From Nitrososphaeria archaeon (GTDB lineage Archaea; Thermoproteota; Nitrososphaeria; JACIWG01): a DNA stretch of 64,000 nucleotides. The DNA is taken from contig CAVVXT010000019.1 in assembly GCA_963752255.1 (NCBI GenBank), positions 320,001 to 384,000 on the forward strand, in the 5' to 3' direction. The notes under the pieces were generated by a model. That model did no database searches. It was not told the DNA's origin and saw only the letters and a program-made list of their open reading frames with translations. Positions 10,359 to 19,455 of this stretch are shown in pieces; the stretch's first letter is position 1; every line of letters begins with the position of its first letter. Made by a program: the position numbers and the translations under genes.

Positions 10359-11213
10359 ATGTCATACCAGCCTAGGATAAGATCACCTCGCGGTCCACGA
10401 CGTGGAATGTCGCGACGTGAGAAGACCGAGGCCAAGACTAAGAGAAAGAAACATCGATCTAGCGGTAGCAAAATGTGGGAGGAGAATCAAGCAACGACCT
10501 CAGAAGAGGTTATAGACAGAACTCTTAACATGATACACAGTCTAGGAAGACAGAAATTTGGACTACCACCTTTTAGCGATCACTTTAGCCGCTGGCTTAT
10601 TAATCTAAGAGGCATCGTATCCGAATTTGAGTTAAGTAAAGCAAGTGTGGATGATCAATTCTTGAAAGAAAGTTCTCAAATACTCTCGAATATTGAGCTT
10701 GAACTCGAAAAAGTAAGGCAGCAGGAAGCTTCTTGTCGGGAGGTCATCAAAAATCTCTCGAACAACAGGATTCTTCTTGAACAAATCAAAGAAGAGTATG
10801 CCACCAAGGCCAAAGAGATAGAGGGGCGGAAAGAGAGTCAAATCAAACGTTTATCCAGCAATATAGACGATTTAAGAGTGGAACTGACCCGCATTTCTCT
10901 AATGAAAACTGGCATCTTTAGAGCCCTTTCGGTTAAAGCCAAGGCGCAAAAAGAGGCGGAAGCAACCCAGAGAGTTAATTCAGCTGAAAAGGAGCTAGAA
11001 TCAGCTGTGCAAAATTTTTCTTTCGAGCAAAAAAAACTATTAGACGAATACGAAAAAAGGGAACAACCAATTATCGAGCAGATACAGAACCAAGAGGAAG
11101 AGATCGAAAATCAAGAGGTTGACAACTCAATAGAAGCTAGAAGAATCGCATGTGAAGCTCTTGTAAATACTGTGAACGAACTTGTTCTGAGAAAAAGATC
11201 AATGGCTCATTAA
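10359..11213 (+). CDS. Hypothetical coiled-coil protein with basic N-terminus
   Basis: 284 aa, E/K/Q-rich heptads, R/K-rich first 40 aa. Confidence 0.75.
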   Translation: MSYQPRIRSPRGPRRGMSRREKTEAKTKRKKHRSSGSKMWEENQATTSEEVIDRTLNMIHSLGRQKFGLPPFSDHFSRWLINLRGIVSEFELSKASVDDQFLKESSQILSNIELELEKVRQQEASCREVIKNLSNNRILLEQIKEEYATKAKEIEGRKESQIKRLSSNIDDLRVELTRISLMKTGIFRALSVKAKAQKEAEATQRVNSAEKELESAVQNFSFEQKKLLDEYEKREQPIIEQIQNQEEEIENQEVDNSIEARRIACEALVNTVNELVLRKRSMAH

Positions 11214-11353
11214 ACTGTCCCCAAGAAGATGTCCTTTCACAGTCACAGGAAGGAGAAATCGAACTTGCATCAAATTGATGCATCGTTCACGTTGCATGCT
11301 CTTTTATAATTACATAAAAAAGGGTTTAAAAAAAAAGGTTTAAATATAATTTT

Positions 11354-12430
11354 TTGCGATGTCCATTAATTATGTTTTGCCCTAAATGCGGTACTCAGCT
11401 TCCAGATAATGCAACCTTCTGCATGAAGTGTGGAGCCCAAGTTGGTGCGACTGAACAGCCAAATCAGGCACAACCCTCGACGGCACCGATATTGGCTCCT
11501 TATGGGGCCACGGCCCTAAATTGCCCCAATTGTGGTGCCCCAATTTCACCAAAATTCGGTGAGATGGTCATAACTTGCGAGTACTGTGGAAGCGGCGTTA
11601 CTTTGGGAACTCAGGGATGGACTGGCATACAAAAGCAGACAATGCTTGCTCTGAAAATTGCCAGCGTTGACGAAGTGAATTCCATAATCAAACCAATGAT
11701 GGACAAAGGTCTTCTAAATAGACACCTCCAAGAGAACTCTACCCAGGAGGAAATGAACCTCTCGTACGTACCTTACTGGATCGTAAGTGTCTCCGCACGC
11801 ACCACTGTAGTCGCCACGAATGTTGCCGCGCAAGTTGGACAAACTGCTACGACCGTCGCACTGATGGGCGTCATATTGGGAGGGATGGGCGGCGGGTTTG
11901 GAGGCGGAGGAAGAGGAGGCCGCAGATTCGCTTTGGGATACGGAGGAATAGGAATAATTGGCTTGTTCAGCGGGGGTTTCAGGTCGGTTCGAAACATGGC
12001 CTTCGGAATGGGAATGGGATATGGTGGCGGGGGAATGAAGAAAACCGAGCAGTTGGACGCGAACTACAACTTTCCTGTGGTTGCGCTAAAAGCGCTCACG
12101 GAATATCAGCCACGGGAATATCAATTTGCTCTCGAAGGCAGAACTCTGTTTGACATCACAAAGTTGCCCAAGAACATCAAGATCCTTAACGGAGACATCA
12201 GCGAAGACGTTGCGAAGTCCCAGGCAAAGACCCTAGTTGATCAGCTGCAATCAGAGAAGGCGCACACAAAATATAGCATGATCCAACAACTAAATACAGA
12301 GTCGGACGTCGGGGACGTAGAGTTGCTCCATGCTCCAATATGGTTCGTGAGGTACGATCACAAGGGAAAGAAGATTGCGCTTGTCATTGATGCAAACTCC
12401 GGCTACGTGATCAACAGCATTGGTCTCTGA
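11354..12430 (+). CDS. Zinc-ribbon domain protein with Gly-rich hydrophobic central segment
   Basis: FCPKCG..FCMKCG, CPNCG..CEYCG, Gly/RGG tract, C-terminal APIWFVRY..IDANSG. Confidence 0.8.
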   Translation: MRCPLIMFCPKCGTQLPDNATFCMKCGAQVGATEQPNQAQPSTAPILAPYGATALNCPNCGAPISPKFGEMVITCEYCGSGVTLGTQGWTGIQKQTMLALKIASVDEVNSIIKPMMDKGLLNRHLQENSTQEEMNLSYVPYWIVSVSARTTVVATNVAAQVGQTATTVALMGVILGGMGGGFGGGGRGGRRFALGYGGIGIIGLFSGGFRSVRNMAFGMGMGYGGGGMKKTEQLDANYNFPVVALKALTEYQPREYQFALEGRTLFDITKLPKNIKILNGDISEDVAKSQAKTLVDQLQSEKAHTKYSMIQQLNTESDVGDVELLHAPIWFVRYDHKGKKIALVIDANSGYVINSIGL

Positions 12431-12615
12431 AGGCAAAGACAAATCTAGATATATTTATAGTTGTACTTTAAAGCAATTTTCAAGGACTTATCTAACGCGC
12501 TAGTTTCATATAATGCAATGAATAGATGCATGTTCCGATAAAATCGTCTATAATCCAATCTCTAACTTATACATTAATATTACCCTTATGTAGATTATAT
12601 TATAGGATATAGTTG

Positions 12616-13018
12616 TTAGGACCTCTCGATTAGTTCAATAAGCGTTCCATCAGGGTCTTCTATGAATGCTATAACAGAACCTCCTGGACCAAGCCTAAAC
12701 GGTTCGTCGGTTATCGTAACCTTTCCATTTCTCAACATTTCAATAGTTTTTTTCATATCCTTAATGTCAAAAGCAAGGTGATCAAATAGACGGTCTTCGT
12801 AGTCGGCTTGAATAAAATTCTTCTGTCCCTTATAAAAGGTAAGCTCAAGGCTGGCTCCCTTCCCTTCCGGATCCTGCAAGAACGCGACCTCAGCATTATT
12901 CTGTGGGATCTCCCTCCGTCTTACGAGTTTTAGGCCCATCATCTTAGTGTAGAAGTCTATAGATCTATCCATATTTCTTGTTCGAATACTAGTGTGAACA
13001 AAAATCGTATTTCTTCAC
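12616..13018 (-). CDS. VOC/glyoxalase I (lactoylglutathione lyase)-like protein; apparent frameshift near the start
   Basis: FVHTSIRTRNMDRSIDFY, LELT, DHLAF, FIEDPDGTLIELI; the GTG at 13018 is one base out of frame. Confidence 0.85.
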
Positions 13019-13170
13019 TGCTTAACATATATAATCTTTTGAATATAAATTATCGCTACACATTTTATGTTGATAGCCAATGATTAAAAGTTCCTGTATT
13101 TACCTAAAGACCTTACCGCTGATGTGTAGATCTGTTCTTTCGGTAAGAAAAGCTAGTAGCCATCAATGAA

Positions 13171-13505
13171 CTAGCTCAAGCCGAGCAACTCTATCAACTG
13201 TCTTTCAGTTAATCCCTTTCCAGGTACCCATCTAGGCGTTTTGAAACTTTCCCATTTTTGAATAGAAGTACTGTGGGTACTATTTCCACAGAATATTTAT
13301 TCAAGAGATTTAACTTATCATCTATCTTTACACACAAACAATTTTGTACATTATCTTTAGCATATCTCTCAAATACCAGTAAGAACCTTGAGGAAAAAGG
13401 GCATCAAGATGCATAGAAAAGAATGAAAACTTTATCCTTGGATTGAAGTATGTAGTCAAGGTCGCCTTAGCCATCGATTAGCTTGCGATTATCGATTTTA
13501 CTCAT
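13171..13505 (-). pseudogene. Thioredoxin-family pseudogene (not in the ORF track)
   Basis: Reads ..KDKVFILFYAS*CPFS..KYSVEIVPTVLLFKNGKVSKRLDG; in-frame TAA and TGA (13404-13406, at the conserved Trp position) plus a frameshift. Confidence 0.75.
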
Positions 13506-13523
13506 CAAACTTCCCTCTCCATG

Positions 13524-14224
13524 TTATTCGGGATAATGGCTGCTGTCACAGAAAGGTTTGTTTGAAGACTTACCGCAGCGGCAGAGGGTAACTCGATTGC
13601 GAACTTCGTAAACCTTTCCGTCAGCTGATTCGATCGGAATGCCACCGCGAACCCAGAGAGGACCACTAACCCCTACTTTGGGGTCTTCAACCAATATAAT
13701 GGACCTTTCAAAATCTGGTTCCATCGCTTTTCCACTTTTTTTGTCCCAAACAACTAGAGTGCCAGATGGGCAGTCCCCACCTTCTTCGATGGCTATTCTA
13801 TTAGCTTCAGGGTCATCCTTTTGCGATACCAGATCCCAAATTCCTCCAGCTCGGTGGCAGAAACGTGCTGATGCGCATAAACTCTCATCATCGGTTAATT
13901 TTAAAACTGGACCAACGATCTCTTTAGCCCTATTAACGTAAGGTTCACGACTTCCCGTCTCAATGCCGTTGAAATTAACTTTTGAGTGTGTACTATCGCA
14001 GAATGGTTTTGCCTTAGACTGGCCGCAGCGGCAAAGGGTGTAATTCTCATGAGGTGGGTATTTATTGCCTATCTGCCACTCAACAAAGTTCCTTCATTGT
14101 CTGTGCCGATTATCATCTTTATCAAGGGGATTCCACCAGAAACAAGATAGGGACCATTCTTGCATACCTTGATCTTACACTTATCATTGATATTCCCTAT
14201 ATCATTTACGTTCCTAGTCGCCAT
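13524..14224 (-). CDS. CDGSH iron-sulfur domain protein (two CDGSH motifs plus central divergent 4Fe-4S region), frameshift ~14080
   Basis: KIKVCKNGPYLVSGG, LCRCGQSKAKPFCDSTH, LCASARFC..CPSG, LCRCGKSSNKPFCDSSH. Confidence 0.85.
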
Positions 14225-14450
14225 ATCCTAATCTTTCTCTTTCCTATTGAAACCTCAAAGCCGAAGAGAATTAAATGTATCCATAAATTCGTCCCAATAA
14301 ATTTGTCATTTATCATTTTATTCATAATTTTTGACAGGATATGACATCGATTTGTCTAAAACATTGATCTTCAACAAAAATCAAATCACCGCAAAGCATT
14401 ATTATCTTAAATACCTCTTTCAAGTATGTATTCTTTATTAAAAGAATCGG

Positions 14451-15029
14451 ATGTTAGAAATCTTTATTAAACATGGACTAGAAATTAATTCTATGTCTGC
14501 AAGGCAAATATGGATTATGCGCGACTATCCAAAATGCACCGGCTGTCGAAGGTGTGAAATCGCGTGTTCCCTATACCATGAGAAGAAAATCTGGCCTGAA
14601 GCTTCTATGGTAAGAGTTTTCATGTTGGCTCCAGGTCTAGAATATCCGCACTTGTGCACTCAGTGCCACGATTATCCATGTGTGGAATCCTGTCCAACAG
14701 AACCTAAAGCGCTTTCCGTTGATGAAAAAACAGGCGCTGTTCTTGTCGATCGGAAACTTTGTATCAGCTGCATGAAATGTATTAAAGCGTGCCCTGGTCA
14801 CGTCCCATTCCTTCGCCCTAGTGATAACAAATCAACCATCTGCGATCTTTGCAACGGCGATCCTCAGTGTGTTAAGGTCTGCCAAGAAGCTAAGTATGAT
14901 GTCTTGAGAACAATACAATACGATAAAGGGAAAGGCGATGCGCTAATCTTTAAAGTTTATGCGAAAACACCTAAGGAAATAACGGAAGGGCTCTCCACCT
15001 TGATCTACGGGGAAAATTTTGAGGTGTGA
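14451..15029 (+). CDS. 4Fe-4S dicluster electron-transfer subunit of the AOR-family enzyme (start probably ~14493)
   Basis: CTGCRRCEIAC, CTQC..PCVESCP, CISCMKCIKACP, CDLC..PQCVKVC. Confidence 0.92.
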   Translation: MLEIFIKHGLEINSMSARQIWIMRDYPKCTGCRRCEIACSLYHEKKIWPEASMVRVFMLAPGLEYPHLCTQCHDYPCVESCPTEPKALSVDEKTGAVLVDRKLCISCMKCIKACPGHVPFLRPSDNKSTICDLCNGDPQCVKVCQEAKYDVLRTIQYDKGKGDALIFKVYAKTPKEITEGLSTLIYGENFEV

Positions 15030-15032
15030 TAA

Positions 15033-16892
15033 ATGAAGGGATATGCTGGAAAGTTTGCAGAAATAAATCTTGACGATAAAAAGATTAAGGAAATTAAATT
15101 TGATGAGAGAACCCTAAGAAAATATATTGGCGGTAGAGGTTTGTCTGCTAAAGTCTTATGGGATAGGCTAGGGGAGAGATGGGAAGAGATTGACCCATTG
15201 GGTCCAGATAATATTTTAACACTCTTTACTGGTCCACTTACAGGATACTACCCCGGCGGCCGCCTTTGTGTTTCAGGGAAGTCCCCACAGAGCAATGGCA
15301 TTACCGGAAGCACTGTTGCAGGTGAATTTGCAGTCGATCTCAGATGCGCTGGATGGGACGGCCTAATTATATTAGGCGCTGCAGAAAAACCCTCCTACAT
15401 TTTGGTGAGAGATTCCTCAATTGAAATAAGGAACGCCAGTCATGTCTGGGGAAAGGACGGAAAAAAGGTTTCACTGACCCTGTCAAAGGAGGTTAGAGAA
15501 GAATGGAACAGGAAGTACCCTAGTCGAGAATGGAAAGAGCCTTCAATGGTGTACGTGGGACCAGCTGGACAGAACAAGACCAGAGTTGCTGCAGTGGAGT
15601 CAAAGTGGGCTCATGGAGCGGGATATGGCGGATACGGCGGTGTAATGGGGTCTAAGAATCTGGTCGCTGTTCTGGCAAGAGGAACCGGACCTTTGCCTGA
15701 CGTCTACGATCAACCAAAGGTCTTGGAGCTTCTCGACCAAGTTGTTAAAGAATGCATAAACAACGATAGCATGAGGAGGTGGGGCACAGGCGCAGCCGGA
15801 TTTTCTGTTGGAAGCACAACGAGTTCTGAGCCTGTAAGGAACTGGCAGGAGGAGTGGCACGATGAAAAATCTTATGGTGTAGACCAGTTTGAAAGTAGGG
15901 TTTGGGTAAAAAGGTACTGGGCTGACTTCGGGTGTCCGACATCCTGCGAAAAACTTTCAGTGGTCAGGACGGGAGAGTTCAAGGGTGCTATAACCGATAA
16001 CCCAGACTATGAGACGCAAGCCTACTGCGGACCAAACGTAGGTGTCTTTGTCCCAGAGGCGAGCGTCTACTTGAATTCGTGCCTGGAAGACCTTGGGTTC
16101 TGTGGAATACAGGCTGGTAATGTGCTAGGTTTCACAGGTGAACTCTACCAACGCGGTATACTTACAAAGGAAGAGTTGGGCGGTGTAGAACTTAAATGGG
16201 GTGACACCAAAGCGTTTGCAAAGGTTGCAGAAATGATCGCCTACCGTAAAGGTGTAGGCAATATACTTGCTGAAGGCACATATCGGGCAGCCATAAAATT
16301 AGGTAAGATGAAGGGGCAAGACCTGCTTAAATATGCTATCCAATGTAAGGGTATTTCTCTAGGTGCCCACGGCATCAGAAGTGGCCTCGATTACGTCCCC
16401 GTAATGGGGTATACGTGTGGCGCCCAGGGAGGAGATCACACCTCTGTGGCTTATCTTCCAGTAACCCATTCCGGCAGTGAGCACAGCACAATCCTGCAAG
16501 ACTCTGGCGTGTACTGCATGTTCAACGCGGGACCTATGACGCCACAGTTCCAGATAGATTTCCTGAACGCTGTCACGGGATTCAACATTACAGCTGATGA
16601 ATGGTATAACGATATGGCGCTATCAATTATACAGATCCAGAGAGCTGCGCTGCTGATCGGAGGGCCGGACGCTAAATGGGCTGGAATAGACGAAAACCCG
16701 CCAAGGTTCTATGAACCGCTGCCGTCAGGTCCACACAAAGGAAAAGTCACCGACATCAAAGAGGTGGAGGAAATGAAGCTTGAGTACTACAAGGTGGTTG
16801 GTTGGAATGAAAAGGGAGTTCCTACATCTGAAACTCTGAAAAAGCTGGGACTGGAGGACGTGGACAGAATCTTGTCGAAGAAGCTAAAATAG
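15033..16892 (+). CDS. Tungsten-containing aldehyde:ferredoxin oxidoreductase family protein
   Basis: MKGYAGK, YIGGRGL, GKSP, GPAG, GGVMGSKNL, GCPTSC, PDYET, YYKVVGWNEKGVP. Confidence 0.93.
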   Translation: MKGYAGKFAEINLDDKKIKEIKFDERTLRKYIGGRGLSAKVLWDRLGERWEEIDPLGPDNILTLFTGPLTGYYPGGRLCVSGKSPQSNGITGSTVAGEFAVDLRCAGWDGLIILGAAEKPSYILVRDSSIEIRNASHVWGKDGKKVSLTLSKEVREEWNRKYPSREWKEPSMVYVGPAGQNKTRVAAVESKWAHGAGYGGYGGVMGSKNLVAVLARGTGPLPDVYDQPKVLELLDQVVKECINNDSMRRWGTGAAGFSVGSTTSSEPVRNWQEEWHDEKSYGVDQFESRVWVKRYWADFGCPTSCEKLSVVRTGEFKGAITDNPDYETQAYCGPNVGVFVPEASVYLNSCLEDLGFCGIQAGNVLGFTGELYQRGILTKEELGGVELKWGDTKAFAKVAEMIAYRKGVGNILAEGTYRAAIKLGKMKGQDLLKYAIQCKGISLGAHGIRSGLDYVPVMGYTCGAQGGDHTSVAYLPVTHSGSEHSTILQDSGVYCMFNAGPMTPQFQIDFLNAVTGFNITADEWYNDMALSIIQIQRAALLIGGPDAKWAGIDENPPRFYEPLPSGPHKGKVTDIKEVEEMKLEYYKVVGWNEKGVPTSETLKKLGLEDVDRILSKKLK

Positions 16893-16988
16893 ACCTCTAA
16901 CCGAGCCCCTTTTTTACAATTATTGTTACTCTCTTATGCAGCTTAATGGTTTTCTTCATAGCCCAAATCATCCCTTTCAGAAATTATA

Positions 16989-17004
16989 CCCGAAAATGTT
17001 CGGG
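16989..17004. promoter_or_regulatory. Palindromic operator CCCGAA-N4-TTCGGG upstream of the TRASH gene
   Basis: CCCGAAAATGTTCGGG followed by AAATACTTAAT; near-identical copy at 25708. Confidence 0.65.
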
Positions 17005-17036
17005 AAATACTTAATTATGACAAGCTCATATTAAGC

Positions 17037-17237
17037 ATGATTAATATGGTAGAAGAAGTATGTCCAAACTGCAAGGAGAAAATTTCAGTTCATGACGATA
17101 CTGTAGTGAAGAAGATAGGAGGCAAAACAATGAAGTTCTGCTCCCTGGCCTGCGCTGATGCCTACAAGGAAGTGGGCAAGAAAAGTGAAGAATTATCAAG
17201 AGAAAAAAAAGGCACATTATTTGGTCCACCCGTATAG
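17037..17237 (+). CDS. Small TRASH/YHS-type metal-binding protein
   Basis: CPNC...KFCSLAC motif. Confidence 0.75.
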   Translation: MINMVEEVCPNCKEKISVHDDTVVKKIGGKTMKFCSLACADAYKEVGKKSEELSREKKGTLFGPPV

Positions 17238-17307
17238 AAATTGGGGATGGAAAAGTCCTGAACTTGAAAATTGAGCCTTTTCTCCTTCTTTTTGATAAAG
17301 CTTAATG

Positions 17308-17622
17308 TTACGTTATCACTACCGTTTTGGGATAATCTCTACCAGAGTAGGTGTGGAACATCATGTTTGTCAGACCTGAAGGTAGCGGTGAACTGAAGTT
17401 TAGAGTGACAGTTTCTGTTCCTCTTTCCTTAAGGTAAATTGGCATCCTAGGGTCGGATCTTCCTCCGTTTACCTCATTTAAAGGCTTACCTTCAATTAAT
17501 ATTTTGGTAATGATGGCCTCTAGGGTCCCTATATTTTTGACGTTTATTAGTATCTCTGACCTGCTATTTGAAATCGCCCATATGTCAAGGTATTCGAAAC
17601 CCCTTTTCGCCTGCGAGCTCAT
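17308..17622 (-). CDS. Stand-alone Ig-like/pilin-C-terminal-like domain protein
   Basis: INVKNIGT..ITKILIEG; similar to the C-terminal domain encoded at ~48210-48420. Confidence 0.65.
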   Translation of the reverse strand: MSSQAKRGFEYLDIWAISNSRSEILINVKNIGTLEAIITKILIEGKPLNEVNGGRSDPRMPIYLKERGTETVTLNFSSPLPSGLTNMMFHTYSGRDYPKTVVIT

Positions 17623-17799
17623 AGATATCTCTGGGAATATGACTGCAACATGCTATTTAAAATTAATTCTAAGACCAGCTTTAACAAAGCTTAATATACG
17701 TAACCTACCTTTTCACCTTTTTTTAGCTTCGATATTATTAGAAACTCTATCCTTACAGAGCCATTAAAAATTCATATATCTGCAATAACACCATTACAA

Positions 17800-18504
17800 A
17801 TGAGGAGAGAATTTGTGAATAAGCTGACTCGTGATAAAATCGCGAAAATGGTTGATTACGCCTCCGCTCTAAACGCTAATGCTACAAAAGATGACATTAT
17901 CAGAAGCTGTGATGATGCTATTGAAAATAAATTTAACGCTGTCGCAGTAACCCCTGATTACGTTGCCCTTGCATCAAGACGACTTAAAGGCAGCGGAGTT
18001 AAAGTTCTAGCTGCCGTCGGCTTTCCTTGGGGTTCAAATGCGACTGAAACAAAGGTTGCAGAAACGAAACGTGCGATAGAGGATGGTGCTAAGGAAATCG
18101 ACATGGTCATTAACATAGGTTGGCTAAAGTCTGGAGACTACAAGTCCGTAGAAGACGACATCAGAGCGGTAGTCAAAGCCTCAAAGGAAGGAGGAGAAGA
18201 TATTATTGTAAAGGTTATCATAGAAACTGGCTACTTGACTGATGATGAAAAAATAAAGGCAAGTAGACTTATAAGAGACGCTGGAGCGGATTTTGTCAAG
18301 ACATGTACTGGAGTGAGTCCCGGCGCGGCAACAATACATGATATAGCCTTGATTTATAACGCAGTCGGAAAGGAAATAGGAGTAAAAGCCTCGGGTTCCG
18401 TAAATTACCTAGAAGATTTGCTACAACTGCATGGAGCCGGGGCAACAAGGTTCGGGTCTAGATCGGTGGCCTTGATAAACGCGTTGAAAAAGTTAGAGAA
18501 ATAA
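17800..18504 (+). CDS. deoC: Deoxyribose-phosphate aldolase
   Basis: VGFPWG, GAKEIDMVIN, VKVIIET, ADFVKT, GVKASG, GATRFG. Confidence 0.93.
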   Translation: MRREFVNKLTRDKIAKMVDYASALNANATKDDIIRSCDDAIENKFNAVAVTPDYVALASRRLKGSGVKVLAAVGFPWGSNATETKVAETKRAIEDGAKEIDMVINIGWLKSGDYKSVEDDIRAVVKASKEGGEDIIVKVIIETGYLTDDEKIKASRLIRDAGADFVKTCTGVSPGAATIHDIALIYNAVGKEIGVKASGSVNYLEDLLQLHGAGATRFGSRSVALINALKKLEK

Positions 18505-18726
18505 CCGTTTGAAGAAAGCTTTCGCTATCTTCGAATCCGTTTATAAAAAACAATCCATGTTGAACAAGTAGAGCTGCTTAATTGATCAAAATCTGTGGCA
18601 TGCTTTTTGACTTGTACTTGACGTTACATCAGTGATTTACTGTTTAGGTCCTCATCCTCTTGATTATTATGTAGATAGAACTCCAAGTGTCAATGGAATT
18701 TCAAGGTTATTACCGTTTCTATTAAC

Positions 18727-18788
18727 GGTTTTTATGCATCTGTTGTGCATGGGTTAATGGTGATGTTGGATATTGCGTTCATTGTGCA
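18727..18788 (+). repeat. Left terminal inverted repeat (IRL)
   Basis: GGTTTTTATGCATCTGTTGTGCATGGGTTAATGGTGATGTTGGATATTGCGTTCATTGTGCA; three TTRTGCA motifs. Confidence 0.88.
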
Positions 18789-19006
18789 AAACATTCATGT
18801 ATAATTTACATTGTAAACTTAGCTTTTTTGATGTGGGGGTGCTACATAGCTTGATTGACTTTGTAAATCTACTTAACTTTACAAGTTTACAGATTTACAG
18901 TCGCTTTGCTTCATGGTATGATAACGATATACATATAGACCTTGACTGTATTAGTTAACGACGTACAACGACGTTAACGCCGTAACGTTAACGATGTATA
19001 AACGGT

Positions 19007-19083
19007 TGCGACAGTCGGGATTTGAACCCGAGTCTCCTGCCCTGGCAAAGGTGGCGCATTTGACCTTACTATGCTACTGTCGC
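19007..19083 (-). tRNA. tRNA-Gly(GCC)-derived RNA with aberrant anticodon arm, inside the IS element
   Basis: GCGACAG/CTGTCGC acceptor + A73, D-stem GCAT/ATGC, T-arm TCGGG-TTCAAAT-CCCGA. The anticodon arm is 19 nt (CCACCT-TTGCCAG-GGCAGG) with two mismatches; no encoded CCA. Confidence 0.8.
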
Positions 19084-19103
19084 AACCTTTTCATTCTTAA
19101 CCA

Positions 19104-19122
19104 TGAGATAAAAACCTTTCCA
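19104..19122 (-). promoter_or_regulatory. BRE/TATA promoter of the tRNA-like gene
   Basis: Minus strand GGGAAAGGTTTTTATCT, about 25 nt upstream of the RNA 5' end. Confidence 0.6.
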
Positions 19123-19184
19123 TAATAATGATGAGACAAAAACCCTCAATTGCATTTAAATACCTGTAATTTAATTATTTTATA

Positions 19185-19355
19185 TTATTCTAACCTTTTA
19201 ACTTTCATAATTTTTCTGCTATCTTGGGTGATTATTTCCCAATCTAATACGTCTCCTATTTTTAAGTTCATTTCCTTTGCGATCTTTTCTGGTATAGTTG
19301 TTCTCATCGAAGGCGATATACTGCTTGCCTTTGCTATGGTTGATTTTTCTCCCAT
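19185..19355 (-). CDS. AbrB/MazE/SpoVT-family DNA-binding protein, 56 aa (not in the ORF track)
   Basis: MGEKSTIAKASSISPSMRTTIPEKIAKEMNLKIGDVLDWEIITQDSRKIMKVKRLE; TIP..I...L.I..GD.L.W signature. Confidence 0.88.
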   Translation of the reverse strand: MGEKSTIAKASSISPSMRTTIPEKIAKEMNLKIGDVLDWEIITQDSRKIMKVKRLE

Positions 19356-19358
19356 GTT

Positions 19359-19451
19359 ATACCTTATCTACCTATATGTTTATATACTTTATCTACCTAT
19401 ATTACCTATACATATATATACCTATTATACCTATAGGTATGGTAGGTAGAT
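19359..19451. promoter_or_regulatory. TACCTAT repeat array in the divergent abrB/transposase promoter
   Basis: About six TACCT(A/T) copies including TCTACCTATAT twice, the palindrome TACCTATAGGTA and an inverted GTAGGTAGA. Confidence 0.6.
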
Positions 19452-19455
19452 TAAT

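Noticed and set aside
13404-13406. Selenocysteine TGA in the thioredoxin
   Set aside because: The TGA is at the Trp position before CPFS, not at a Cys, and the gene has another stop and a frameshift
19150-19449. Track ORF on the + strand (99 aa)
   Set aside because: Shadow of the minus-strand AbrB gene and the repeat-rich promoter
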